From: Thainema sp.
GTDB lineage: Bacteria > Cyanobacteriota > Cyanobacteriia > Phormidesmidales > Phormidesmidaceae
NCBI GenBank assembly: GCA_052168235.1
Contig: JBQLZK010000009.1
Coordinates: 85,638-149,637, forward strand
Reading direction: 5' to 3'
DNA length: 64,000 bases
Below the pieces are notes generated by a model that did not search any database, had not been told where the DNA came from, and worked only from the letters and a program-made list of their open reading frames with translations. The position numbers and the translations under genes are program-made. This document shows, piece by piece, positions 1-8,786 of the stretch (within the stretch, counting starts at the first letter, position 1; every line of letters starts with the position of its first letter).

Positions 1-136
1 TAAACAGGCAGCTTCTTCCCACGCGTTTTTTCTTGAACGGTTACCGTGTCGATATTCGACAACCCGAATCGTTGAGTCGTCTGTAAGCCTCGACGTTCAA
101 CTTTGCGAGCCACTCGGTTTTGCTCTTATCAACGCA

Positions 137-245
137 ATGGCTCCATCAGCATTTTCAGAAAACGTTAAACGTTATCGAACATACCAAACGGCACACCTAA
201 AGCAATCAGGAAACCGTTCTCAACTGCACGATTGGCAGAACGGCT
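137..245. repeat. Imperfect direct repeat of 1914-1981 fused to a copy of 2100-2132
   Basis: ATGGCTCCATCA...CAAACGGCACACCTAAAGCAATCAGGA matches 1914-1981. Positions 213-245 match 2100-2132 (inside the VOC gene) at 31 of 33 nt. Confidence 0.8.
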
Positions 246-305
246 AGAAACCAAGAATGAAGCTAGCTTTGCAGATGTATCGCCCAAATAGGTTCTAGGA
301 TGAGG

Positions 306-443
306 TTAGCTTGCGGTCTGTATTTGTAGTAATGCCACGATCTCATCCCGACCATGCAGATAAATGAGGGCGTCGAGAATATCACCTAACTCATACTCAG
401 TCAGAGATTCAAGGATGTCGGGATGTAGGTTTTCCATTGCCAT
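306..443 (-). CDS. Small hypothetical protein (45 aa, MAMENLHPDILESL...)
   Basis: Hand-translated ATG-to-TAA ORF, co-oriented with the neighbouring minus-strand genes. Confidence 0.4.
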   Translation of the reverse strand: MAMENLHPDILESLTEYELGDILDALIYLHGRDEIVALLQIQTAS

Positions 444-505
444 AGTCCTGTGTATGTTCGCTATGTGGCAGATTGAGGGGGCTAGATGCCCCCAGTGACT
501 AGCGT

Positions 506-739
506 CTAATGCTCGTCAGTGCGAGTCTCGAAACGTTCTGTCCAAGTTGAGATCGCAACCGGGCGAATGATGCGCTTGAACATCTCAGGCCGTCGCCGAA
601 TGCGAACATATTCAGCCTGCCAATGTTTTAAATAGTCCGGATGGGCAGATTGAGGCATGATGCCGTGCGCACCATCACTTGCGCCTTCGTAGGCCATTGC
701 CGACAGGATTGGTTCAGGTTGATTGAGTTGTGCAATCAT
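506..739 (-). CDS. Hypothetical protein (77 aa)
   Basis: ORF track; part of a run of minus-strand genes. Confidence 0.5.
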   Translation of the reverse strand: MIAQLNQPEPILSAMAYEGASDGAHGIMPQSAHPDYLKHWQAEYVRIRRRPEMFKRIIRPVAISTWTERFETRTDEH

Positions 740-846
740 AGATGTGCTCCAACGTGAGTAATGAGGGCGATTGAGCTTTGGTCAGTGCGGTCGCCCTCGT
801 TTGCAGCTTTGGGGTATTGTTCAGCCTGCCCCAAGGCGAAGGCTTG

Positions 847-1263
847 TTAGGCCGCGATCGCGTCGCTATCCTCCAGTGCCGCTTCGTACAGCTCAATGAA
901 CTGTGGCTTCGTCAGCGACTTGCCATGACGGGTAGCTGGAATGTTAAAAGTCTTGCGAAGACGGGCCTTCTTCAAATCACGGATGTCCCACTTTGACCAA
1001 TCAATAGCCACGATCTCAGGCTTACGGTAAGGACGTTGAAACGGGACGACCGCGTCCTCAATGATTGGCCGATGATGCGCGTCCATCTGTGCGAGTTCCG
1101 CCTCGATATCAATGTCAAGATCCGGAACCATCGTTCCACTGTTGGCACTGCAAATGTGGCGATCACGCTCATACTGCCCAAAGCCCCTCACAAACACAGT
1201 TGCAAAAAACGCAAAACATGAAATGGTGAACGCTTCGATTGCGAACGTAAAAACGGATTGCAT
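847..1263 (-). CDS. Hypothetical protein with N-terminal hydrophobic segment
   Basis: ORF of 138 aa with an N-terminal TM-like stretch and a basic C-terminal domain. Confidence 0.6.
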   Translation of the reverse strand: MQSVFTFAIEAFTISCFAFFATVFVRGFGQYERDRHICSANSGTMVPDLDIDIEAELAQMDAHHRPIIEDAVVPFQRPYRKPEIVAIDWSKWDIRDLKKARLRKTFNIPATRHGKSLTKPQFIELYEAALEDSDAIAA

Positions 1264-1445
1264 TGTAAATACCTAGATAACAACATGCCCTTGAAACGGT
1301 GGGCAAAGAATCAGCAAACCTTGAAGTGACAACTCGCGCGTTGATTACAACGGGCGTGAAGCGTTCCCCAGATAGTTCCAACTCTCATTCGTCGGTAACG
1401 CTCTGTGCCCTTGGATCTGATATCTCATTTATCTGGTACTATTTT

Positions 1446-1502
1446 ACAGATATCTGTAAGGATATGTCAACAGATATCTGTAAAAAAACGACAGGTATCT
1501 GT
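1446..1502. promoter_or_regulatory. Three palindromic operators ACAGRTATCTGT between divergent genes
   Basis: ACAGATATCTGT at 1446-1457 and 1470-1481, and ACAGGTATCTGT at 1491-1502, just upstream of the XRE gene. Confidence 0.7.
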
Positions 1503-1534
1503 GGGTTTCCCCTATTAACATCAACGTTCTCGAT

Positions 1535-1747
1535 ATGAGAGTGAAAAGTAATCTTCCTGTATTAATGGCTCAGCATGAGCCGCCCCTAAACCAAGCTGAT
1601 GTTGCGAGGCAAGCTAAAGTCAGCCCCACCACCATCAATCAGCTCTATAACGACAAATTGCAGCGATTAGATAGAAAGCTGTGCAAGAGTCTATACGATG
1701 CATTCGGATGGACACCCGGTGATATTTGGATCGTCGTACCCGATTGA
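1535..1747 (+). CDS. XRE/Cro-C1 family HTH transcriptional regulator
   Basis: NQADVARQAKVSPTTINQLYN HTH motif and a C-terminal TPGDI motif; 70 aa. Confidence 0.85.
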   Translation: MRVKSNLPVLMAQHEPPLNQADVARQAKVSPTTINQLYNDKLQRLDRKLCKSLYDAFGWTPGDIWIVVPD

Positions 1748-1827
1748 TTCTTTCATCTGCGATCGCAACTGGATGCACAGAACAGCACACGTTTTATGTC
1801 CCCACTCACCATTCCGGCTGCGACTTC

Positions 1828-1869
1828 ATTCGTGTCACTTAAATGGACGACTAAATAAGTGACACGAAT
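1828..1869. repeat. 42-bp palindromic element, copy 1 (ATTCGTGT-N26-ACACGAAT)
   Basis: CTTCATTCGTGTCACTTA...TAAGTGACACGAATGAAG; same geometry as three other copies. Confidence 0.85.
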
Positions 1870-2030
1870 GAAGCCGCGAAAACCGGGACCTGCCACTGCT
1901 CATCTGCAACGGTATGGCTCCATCAACACTTTCAGGAAACGTTATCCAACGTCCCAAACGGGACACCTAAAACAACAAGGATTTTAGCTACACTGCGGGG
2001 ATAACAGTCACGAGTCCATTGAGGATTGGC

Positions 2031-2450
2031 ATGAGCATTCGCCCATTTCATCTAGCATTTCCGGTCAACGATTTAGCGGCGACTCGCCACTTCTATGAGA
2101 CCGTTCTCGGCTGCACGATTGGCAGAACGGCTGACACCTGGATTGACTTTAATCTATTTGGGCATCAGGTCACAGCCCATTTAAGCCCATCTCATGCGGC
2201 AACAATGCCGACCAATGATGTTGATGGCAAACCAGTTCCGGTACAGCATCGGGGCGTCATTTTAGAGATGCCACAATGACAGAGGTGGGCCAAGCAACTT
2301 CAACAGCACGGAATCGACTTCATTATTGAGCCTCATATTCGCTTTAAGGGAGAAGTCGGAGAACAAGCCACCATGTTTTTCTTGGATGTCAACGGACATG
2401 CACTGGAGTTCAAAGCCTTTCAACAGGATGAAGCTATCTTTGCGGTGACA
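2031..2450 (+). pseudogene. VOC/glyoxalase-family (extradiol dioxygenase-like) gene interrupted by an in-frame TGA at 2277-2279
   Basis: PFHLAFPVNDL...WIDFNLFGHQ before the stop. The same frame continues after it ([32 protein letters not shown]). The 3' end is approximate. Confidence 0.85.
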
Positions 2451-2486
2451 TCACATCAACATCACATCAATAGGTCATTGATAGCG

Positions 2487-2900
2487 CTAGGGTTGGCCAT
2501 ACATCACCCCGTCCTTAAATCCCTGATATTCAGAATTCAGCCGCTCGTATTCCAGCGCTTGCTGTTCTGCCGTCCATTTTGCCCGTTCTTGCTGGAGCAG
2601 TGCATCTACCTCAGATTGGGTTAGGGTTGGCTCCTGCTGCTTGGGTTTCAATGCCTGAATAAGCAGAAGCAGGGCTACGAAAAAGCAGGTTGCTGCGATC
2701 GCAGCTCTCACCGCATCCCAGTTGATGCCAGATTGAGGCACGGTAAACACTCCGACCTGTTCATGGGGCTCCTCCACCAGTTCTGCTTGAACTGGCTGTG
2801 ACTGTCGCACCAGCGGTTGCGCTGCAACAACTGGACTAGAGGTGGGTAACTGTCGCTGTTGGTCGTGGGGGAGATTGATGTTGATACTGATTGGGTTCAT
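2487..2900 (-). CDS. Hypothetical single-TM protein with coiled-coil tail
   Basis: Hydrophobic [19 protein letters not shown] segment; last gene of the FtsK operon. Confidence 0.65.
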   Translation of the reverse strand: MNPISININLPHDQQRQLPTSSPVVAAQPLVRQSQPVQAELVEEPHEQVGVFTVPQSGINWDAVRAAIAATCFFVALLLLIQALKPKQQEPTLTQSEVDALLQQERAKWTAEQQALEYERLNSEYQGFKDGVMYGQP

Positions 2901-2927
2901 AATAACCTCGTCTCTTGATTGGAGATG

Positions 2928-2959
2928 AGGCAGGGGGACTTTTGCGGGTTCCCCTGCCT
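2928..2959. terminator. GC-rich intergenic hairpin
   Basis: AGGCAGGGGGAC / GTTCCCCTGCCT stem. Confidence 0.5.
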
Positions 2960-2965
2960 GCTAAT

Positions 2966-3340
2966 TCAGTGATTGACAGCGGCCAGCCACATGCCAGCCA
3001 GAAGTGCCGGAATGAGCAAGAGAGCCGAATAGATGCTCATGCCAACTGCGATCGCACATCCGACCGGAATGATCGCAACCAGCAGTCCGTAGAACAACGT
3101 TCGACCGACGAACCGGAGCCGCTCGTCGAGTCGAACAATGGCCACGTATTCCCCCAAGTATCGGCTCATCGCTTCATCGCTGGCTTGGGCGAGGCAAAAG
3201 CCTTTGTAGTTCCGATCGAGCCGCTGTGAGTAGCTGGATTCAGCCACATCAAATTGAAGGTCGGCGAGGTGTTGGCCAATTGCGATCGCAAGAGTTGGAT
3301 CGAACTCATCCGGGATGTGCTCGATGTCTTCAGGCTTCAT
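2966..3340 (-). CDS. Hypothetical membrane protein (two C-terminal TM segments)
   Basis: Likely starts at MKPEDIE, overlapping the stop of the upstream gene; hydrophobic C-terminus. Confidence 0.6.
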   Translation of the reverse strand: MKPEDIEHIPDEFDPTLAIAIGQHLADLQFDVAESSYSQRLDRNYKGFCLAQASDEAMSRYLGEYVAIVRLDERLRFVGRTLFYGLLVAIIPVGCAIAVGMSIYSALLLIPALLAGMWLAAVNH

Positions 3341-3725
3341 CGGCCTCGTCCTCATGGGGTGTAATGTAGGCCGAGCGGATACTGCCCGCTTTGACTGCCA
3401 TGCCATTGAAGAGCGATGCCATCATGTAGTTCGTTCGCTTGACGAGTTGCTGACCGCGCTCCTTGAATCGCTTCTCCATGCCATGCTCAGCCGCATCAAA
3501 GGCCGCATCGACGAGTTCAGTTCCGCCTTGAACCAGTTGGGCCGGTTCAAACTGTTCAACATCGACGTTCACATTGGGATTTTCAGTTTGAACGGCGGGT
3601 GGACGATAGGGTTTGGATTGTGTTTTGCCGCGCGCCACCTTGTCGCTTGATGCAGTACTGACTGAACGAGCTAAGCCTATTTGTGTTTCTGTGGTTTGTT
3701 CGGAATTAGTAGGTTTGTTGGTCAT
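3330..3725 (-). CDS. Hypothetical protein (131 aa)
   Basis: ORF tightly packed within the operon. Confidence 0.6.
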   Translation of the reverse strand: MTNKPTNSEQTTETQIGLARSVSTASSDKVARGKTQSKPYRPPAVQTENPNVNVDVEQFEPAQLVQGGTELVDAAFDAAEHGMEKRFKERGQQLVKRTNYMMASLFNGMAVKAGSIRSAYITPHEDEADEA

Positions 3726-3737
3726 GACTGAAATCCC

Positions 3738-4250
3738 CTATGCAACAGTACTTTGAACATTAATCGTGTCCTGCTGAATGCGCCGTTGATTTTGGCGCAT
3801 GAGCATCTCTTCAATGCCAACATTGCAGTCTGCTTCTGAACCACCGGCTAGTGCAACAACCGCCCAAATTTCTGCATCAGTTTGGTGATTGATGAACTCA
3901 ATGATTTCGCTTTCAGGAATTTGATGTCTCCCTTTTGCATACTGCAAATGGCGATAAAGCGTGACGCAGTAAATAGTTTTCACTTCGGCTCGGGAGAGAG
4001 AAGCCCGATAGGCTCGCTCACCCCACAAGATTTTGGTGTCACGACTGATCTGATAGAGGGGTGCGCCCAACATATCTGCCACATCCTGTTTCGGAAATTG
4101 TGCGATCGCATCAACGATTTGAGGAACACGAGTGGTTGCTGGGCGTTTACGAATTGGCATGTCATGCAGTCTCCATAAGGGTTTTGCAAGATGGGGGTTA
4201 AAAGACCGTCGAGTTGCAGCATTTGCAAAACTTGTATGCATTAGCAGCAC
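3738..4250 (-). CDS. Hypothetical protein, possibly DNA-binding (start uncertain)
   Basis: KQDVADMLGAPLYQISRD resembles an HTH. The real start may be at MPIRK. Confidence 0.55.
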   Translation of the reverse strand: MLLMHTSFANAATRRSFNPHLAKPLWRLHDMPIRKRPATTRVPQIVDAIAQFPKQDVADMLGAPLYQISRDTKILWGERAYRASLSRAEVKTIYCVTLYRHLQYAKGRHQIPESEIIEFINHQTDAEIWAVVALAGGSEADCNVGIEEMLMRQNQRRIQQDTINVQSTVA

Positions 4251-4367
4251 GTCAACCCCCGGTGTTGCAAGTTAGAACAATTCTGATAAAGCCTGTATCA
4301 GTTACAGGAGCTGAATTGCAGCACTGAATTTGCAACCTGCGGGTTGCAAGTGCAACCTTTTACGCCA

Positions 4368-6221
4368 TCAACTGCTGTCGTCCCAATCTGAACTAGGGGG
4401 TCGATTTTCAGGATGGTCTTGCATGGTGATATCTAAGAACTCCTGCTGGGCGGCTGGCCAGCCTGCATCACCCTCAGCCACATTCCAAACGCGACTGATA
4501 ATGTAGGCATTAGATTTGCCTTTGCTGCGTAACTCGAAGATGCGATCGCGTTTCTGCTCACGGGTGAGTTTGGCGATTTTAGGAAAGCACCATTCCTTCA
4601 GGTCGCTGATGGAGGTGTCATAGGCTTGCAGTCGCACGGGCTCTTCTCCACCCCGACGGGCCAGCATGTCACCTTTACCGAGCAACCGTTCACAGCCTGC
4701 CTGCTGAATGACCAGCTCCGAGTCTTTATCCCGCTGGAGCAGTAAGCCGATGCGATGGCCGATTTTGGCGTCTACCTGACGGTGAATCGTCTTTCGATCA
4801 GGCGCTTGGGTGCAGAACAGGATCAGCCAGCCAAAGGTTGCCGCAACCGACATCACATCCGATAGGCGCTTGACCTGTGTCGGTTTGCCGTCGATGACCA
4901 TCGATTCTTTCCGCATATCGGGAAAGCCGATGTGGGACTCGTCAAGAATCCAGACTTTGTAATCGGCTTTGGTGACGCCTTCGAGGTGGTTAAAGTCCTC
5001 AATGTTGGACACACCTTGATAGGCGAATAGGCTACGACGGTTTTCGATATCCTGTTCGACCCATTGCAGTTGGAGTTCTGCATCATCTTCGGAGTGCCCG
5101 ACCAGGCGGTTAGCGGTCGATGGCCATTCCGCCAGGTAGGGGGAATTCTTGAGCGGGTTCAGTTCCGTACCTTTGCCGTCAAAGACGAGGAACTGAATGT
5201 GACGGTATGAGTAGTTTTTGGCGGCGAAGCCGATCATCTGCCGGATCAGGTTGGTCTTGCCAGCCACACGGGGCAGACCACCGATTAAAACAGCCTCCAT
5301 CTGTTTGCCGTCGAGATGGATGTAATGACGAATCTCTTTCAGGTCTACGCCCAGAAATAGCGATGGACGTTTGGGGACTGGGATATCGTCGATTTCATCT
5401 GCTAGCTTCCGCAGCTCCCGATCGGGACGTGCCAGCGACAGAGATAAAAAGCCATGCTCGTTATCTGACATGGGCAGTTTGGGCAGGTGTAGACTGGCCT
5501 GGACAATCGACGGGGTTCGGTCGATGGCTTCTGATAGCTTCTTCGGATCTCGCATCTCCAGAATGAACTGGATAAACGAAGGCCCCTTGAAGCAGGTCAC
5601 ATAATCGGCGTAATAGTTCGCCTTGTGCACCGCTTTGAGCGTGGCCTGCAAGAGTCCATGCACCGTTGGATCGTCTGGGGGATTAGGGATGCGAGGTTCT
5701 GAGGTATCATTTTCCCGCGACACGGCTTGAACAGGTAACGCTTCTGGCTGTGGCGCACTGAGCGCTTTCAGTTCTGCCACGTCAATGCCGAGAATCGCCG
5801 CAATTTCCTCGTCACCTTTCTCTTCAGCTCGCAGGTTTTCCACCACTTGCGCAATTTTCAGCATCTCGGAACTGGTCAGCAGTTGCCGCTGGAGTTCTTC
5901 CTGCTCCCGAACGGCTCGCAGCCGCAGTTCATGATTGAGTTGGCGTAATAGCTCCCGTTCTTCCTTCTCAGCCAGTTTGCTGGTGTGGAAAGCTTTGCTG
6001 AAACCTGCGATCGCAATCATGATGCCAGCCATCTTTGACCAAGAATCCGGTGCATAAATGGCTGCAATTTGAGCACGATTGGTGACAGCCCAATGCGGCA
6101 ACCGCTGACCAGCTGGTGTAACGACGGTTGGATCAAGCCGTCCCCATGAGGCAACCAGCAGGCCCGTGACTCCAGCGGCTTGATAAATCAAGATAGATTG
6201 TCGGTGGATTGAGAAGTCCAT
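4368..6221 (-). CDS. Membrane-anchored FtsK/SpoIIIE-family ATPase (DNA translocase/coupling-like)
   Basis: N-terminal hydrophobic segments and coiled coil; motifs IGGLPRVAGKT (atypical Walker A), FDGKGTEL, ILDESH (Walker B), TQAP and GCERLLGKGDML. Confidence 0.85.
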   Translation of the reverse strand: MDFSIHRQSILIYQAAGVTGLLVASWGRLDPTVVTPAGQRLPHWAVTNRAQIAAIYAPDSWSKMAGIMIAIAGFSKAFHTSKLAEKEERELLRQLNHELRLRAVREQEELQRQLLTSSEMLKIAQVVENLRAEEKGDEEIAAILGIDVAELKALSAPQPEALPVQAVSRENDTSEPRIPNPPDDPTVHGLLQATLKAVHKANYYADYVTCFKGPSFIQFILEMRDPKKLSEAIDRTPSIVQASLHLPKLPMSDNEHGFLSLSLARPDRELRKLADEIDDIPVPKRPSLFLGVDLKEIRHYIHLDGKQMEAVLIGGLPRVAGKTNLIRQMIGFAAKNYSYRHIQFLVFDGKGTELNPLKNSPYLAEWPSTANRLVGHSEDDAELQLQWVEQDIENRRSLFAYQGVSNIEDFNHLEGVTKADYKVWILDESHIGFPDMRKESMVIDGKPTQVKRLSDVMSVAATFGWLILFCTQAPDRKTIHRQVDAKIGHRIGLLLQRDKDSELVIQQAGCERLLGKGDMLARRGGEEPVRLQAYDTSISDLKEWCFPKIAKLTREQKRDRIFELRSKGKSNAYIISRVWNVAEGDAGWPAAQQEFLDITMQDHPENRPPSSDWDDSS

Positions 6222-6775
6222 TGGTTTAAGTACGCTTGCCAGGCAGCGTCATAGGCTTTTTCAGAATTGGACTGCTGCGATTCGACCGGAGTTTGCTGCT
6301 GAGCTTTGGGCTGTCGAGCATTGAAGAACACTCGAAACAGACCTGCACTGAGCACAAACCCAATCGCAACGATGAAGAATTTCCAGATGGGACTGCCTTG
6401 GTAGTAAAACAGGCCCAGAAGTAGATCCCAACTGGCCAAAAGCGTCGCAATAATGACGCCAAAGGCTGTTATCCCGACCAATGTGAATAAGTTGGGATGA
6501 CCCGCGATCGCAACATAGAAACAGGCCAAAAGACCAGCCCCGGCAAGGATTCCGTAGATAAAAGCGAAGTCAGGCAAGAGCCGAGCCAGGAACGTGAGAA
6601 ACATCCAACTGCCCACCAGCAAACCGAACATTGAACCCGCTCGGTTGATGGTGTGGAAGTTCCAAGTTGGGACTTCAGGATGAGGAGCGACTGCGATCGC
6701 AGATTCTTGCAGTGCTCGCAGCCGCTCTAGTTCAGGGTTGTGTTGCTGTGTGTACATAAGCAACTCCCTATGCAA
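6188..6775 (-). CDS. Hypothetical polytopic membrane protein (about 4 TM)
   Basis: Four long hydrophobic segments; overlaps both neighbours. Confidence 0.75.
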   Translation of the reverse strand: MHRELLMYTQQHNPELERLRALQESAIAVAPHPEVPTWNFHTINRAGSMFGLLVGSWMFLTFLARLLPDFAFIYGILAGAGLLACFYVAIAGHPNLFTLVGITAFGVIIATLLASWDLLLGLFYYQGSPIWKFFIVAIGFVLSAGLFRVFFNARQPKAQQQTPVESQQSNSEKAYDAAWQAYLNQWTSQSTDNLS

Positions 6776-7442
6776 CCAGATTCAGAATGCGCTGAAACGG
6801 GCCTGGAGCTTTGCCGCTGTTGGGCGTATAGTCATCGGCTCGGATGTAGCGTTTCAGAGCAATTTCTTCTTGTTTCTGTTGCTCCTTAGCTGCCGCTTTC
6901 TGCCGAGCATCGTCGAGCTTCATCTGAGTTTCCTTACCGATGCTAGTGCCCATCTGCTGGAGCTTTGAAGCTTGGAGCTGTCGAGCCTGTTGCGCCTTGA
7001 GTTGATACTTGGTCGTCAGGGTGTCGCGTTCCATCTGGCCTTGTTCTGCGATCGCACTTAAGCCCAACTGAGTGGCATGGGCCGTGGTTTGCAGTGATTG
7101 CATATATTGCCCGGTTTGCAACTGGGCACGACTGACCAAGTTATCGACGGCTTTAGCACCTTCAAGACCTTTGGCCAGCAGGTAAGTACGCAGCTCTTCA
7201 ATCGTGACTTTTGACTTGATAACGTCCTCGCTGGCCGATTTGTACTGCTTCGCTAAAACGACCTGCTGACGAAGATCTTTTGCTAGTTGTGATTGGGCAC
7301 GAACCTCAGACGGGGTGAGGCGACCAAGTTTATTAATATCAACGCGAAATTCATCATTGACGCGAGCTGCACCACCCGATGAGATGCCAGTCTGTCCGAC
7401 TCTCCAATTCATTTGCGGCGGGCTACCGGTTGCAAGTGCCAT
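6768..7442 (-). CDS. Hypothetical coiled-coil protein
   Basis: Q/K/A-rich helical protein of 224 aa; first gene of the operon. Confidence 0.7.
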   Translation of the reverse strand: MALATGSPPQMNWRVGQTGISSGGAARVNDEFRVDINKLGRLTPSEVRAQSQLAKDLRQQVVLAKQYKSASEDVIKSKVTIEELRTYLLAKGLEGAKAVDNLVSRAQLQTGQYMQSLQTTAHATQLGLSAIAEQGQMERDTLTTKYQLKAQQARQLQASKLQQMGTSIGKETQMKLDDARQKAAAKEQQKQEEIALKRYIRADDYTPNSGKAPGPFQRILNLVA

Positions 7443-7598
7443 ACATTCTTTTCCTCATGTAGCGATAGAAGCAAAATTTGCAAGTGCTGCAACATTTGCT
7501 CAAACGAATGCTAACATAACTGTCATTGATTAGTTACTAATTAGTCAAAATAGATTCAGGGTTGTTACTAAATCGTCAATCAGTCATACGATAGGAGC

Positions 7599-7805
7599 AT
7601 GATTTTTATGATCGATGATGCAGTGAGTAAAAGGTTCTATATCTCTTTGCCTGACGGAATTGCAGATGTGCTAACCCGTTGGGCTGAAAGCGAGGGCAAC
7701 AAACCCACATCCCTAGCGGCTTTTTTGGTTGAAAAAGCTGTAAGGGAAGCAATTGACAGCGGAAAAGTTCCACCTCCACATGAGATAGATAGATCCGATA
7801 AGTAA
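7599..7805 (+). CDS. Ribbon-helix-helix (CopG-like) regulator
   Basis: SKRFYISLPD...LTRWAESEG...SLAAFLVEKAV is typical of cyanobacterial RHH proteins; divergent from the FtsK operon. Confidence 0.85.
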   Translation: MIFMIDDAVSKRFYISLPDGIADVLTRWAESEGNKPTSLAAFLVEKAVREAIDSGKVPPPHEIDRSDK

Positions 7806-7818
7806 GGCGCGATCTCAG

Positions 7819-8422
7819 ATGAGTAATAGTGAAACAGTTAAAGCTCAACGTGCGATAGTTCGCATCGGCAACCTTAAGGTTGAAGGCTTCATGCTGCCCG
7901 ATGGCAGTTATCGCATGTCTCAAACCCAAGCCGCTGAATGTGTGCAGAAGCCCGAAATTAACGCCCGACGTTTTTTAGATTCAAAGGCTATCAAAGCCAT
8001 GCTGGGTAAAGGTTATACGCCCGACAGTATTGAAATTGAATCGGACTTAGATCGGCGTGGACAGAGCCGATTCAACGCGCTGCCATTGGAAGTGATTACA
8101 GCTTTCTGGGTCAATGAGTGTTTTAAGGGCAATCGTGTGGCATTGGCATTAGTCATGGCCTTAGCGACAGAAACACTGGAGCGCCGATTTGATTCAGCGT
8201 TTGGCGTGACGCGAGGAGGAGGATTACGATCAGCAGCTGGCTGAGCGAACAGAACAGATTGAGAAAGCCTTTGGTGATGCCTTTGCCGATGAAGCGGTGA
8301 GCGAACGGGATTATTTTCTGCGGCTGCTACAGGAGAACGGAATTGCCCCCTACGGCATTCCAGGTGAGGAGGAGCCCGTTAATCTAACTTGTTGTGCCCA
8401 AAGCAAATTCGATACAGATTGA
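7819..8422 (+). pseudogene. Mobile-element DNA-binding/antirepressor-like gene, frameshifted near 8212
   Basis: EGFMLPDGSYRMSQTQAA...ETLERRFDSAFGV. A shifted frame continues EEEDYDQQLAER...LLQENGIAPY to TGA at 8420-8422. Confidence 0.6.
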
Positions 8423-8699
8423 TTTGGGATACATATAGCAAGACCAAGTTTGTCCCAATGCCCGTCCAAGAGGTGAGTTAGATGTGAAAATCCTAAGAAA
8501 GTCAAAAACCCCAGCTGGTGGTAACAGCAAGGGTTTGTAGATGACTTTTATATTCGCTTTTTGAGATAGCTGGGAACCTAACCGATTGCTTTGGCGGACG
8601 TGACGTTAGGTGACCCATAGAGTCTTGCGTCTATCCTAGCATAGGGTCAAGCGGTAAAGTCAACATCGCGAGATCTTTTGTAGCAATTTCCGCGCAGCA

Positions 8700-8786
8700 C
8701 TCTCTATCTCTCCTTTAGACGGTGGTAGAGAGCTTTTTAATGCTTTCTATCTCCGATCCCTCTACAGAATCGAAGGAGATAGAGCC
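8700..8786 (+). promoter_or_regulatory. Structured leader: terminator-like hairpin plus SD-sequestering hairpin
   Basis: CTCTCTATC/GGTAGAGAG stem followed by TTTTT. TCTATCTCC (8746-8754) pairs with GGAGATAGA (8775-8783), which covers the RBS. Confidence 0.6.
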
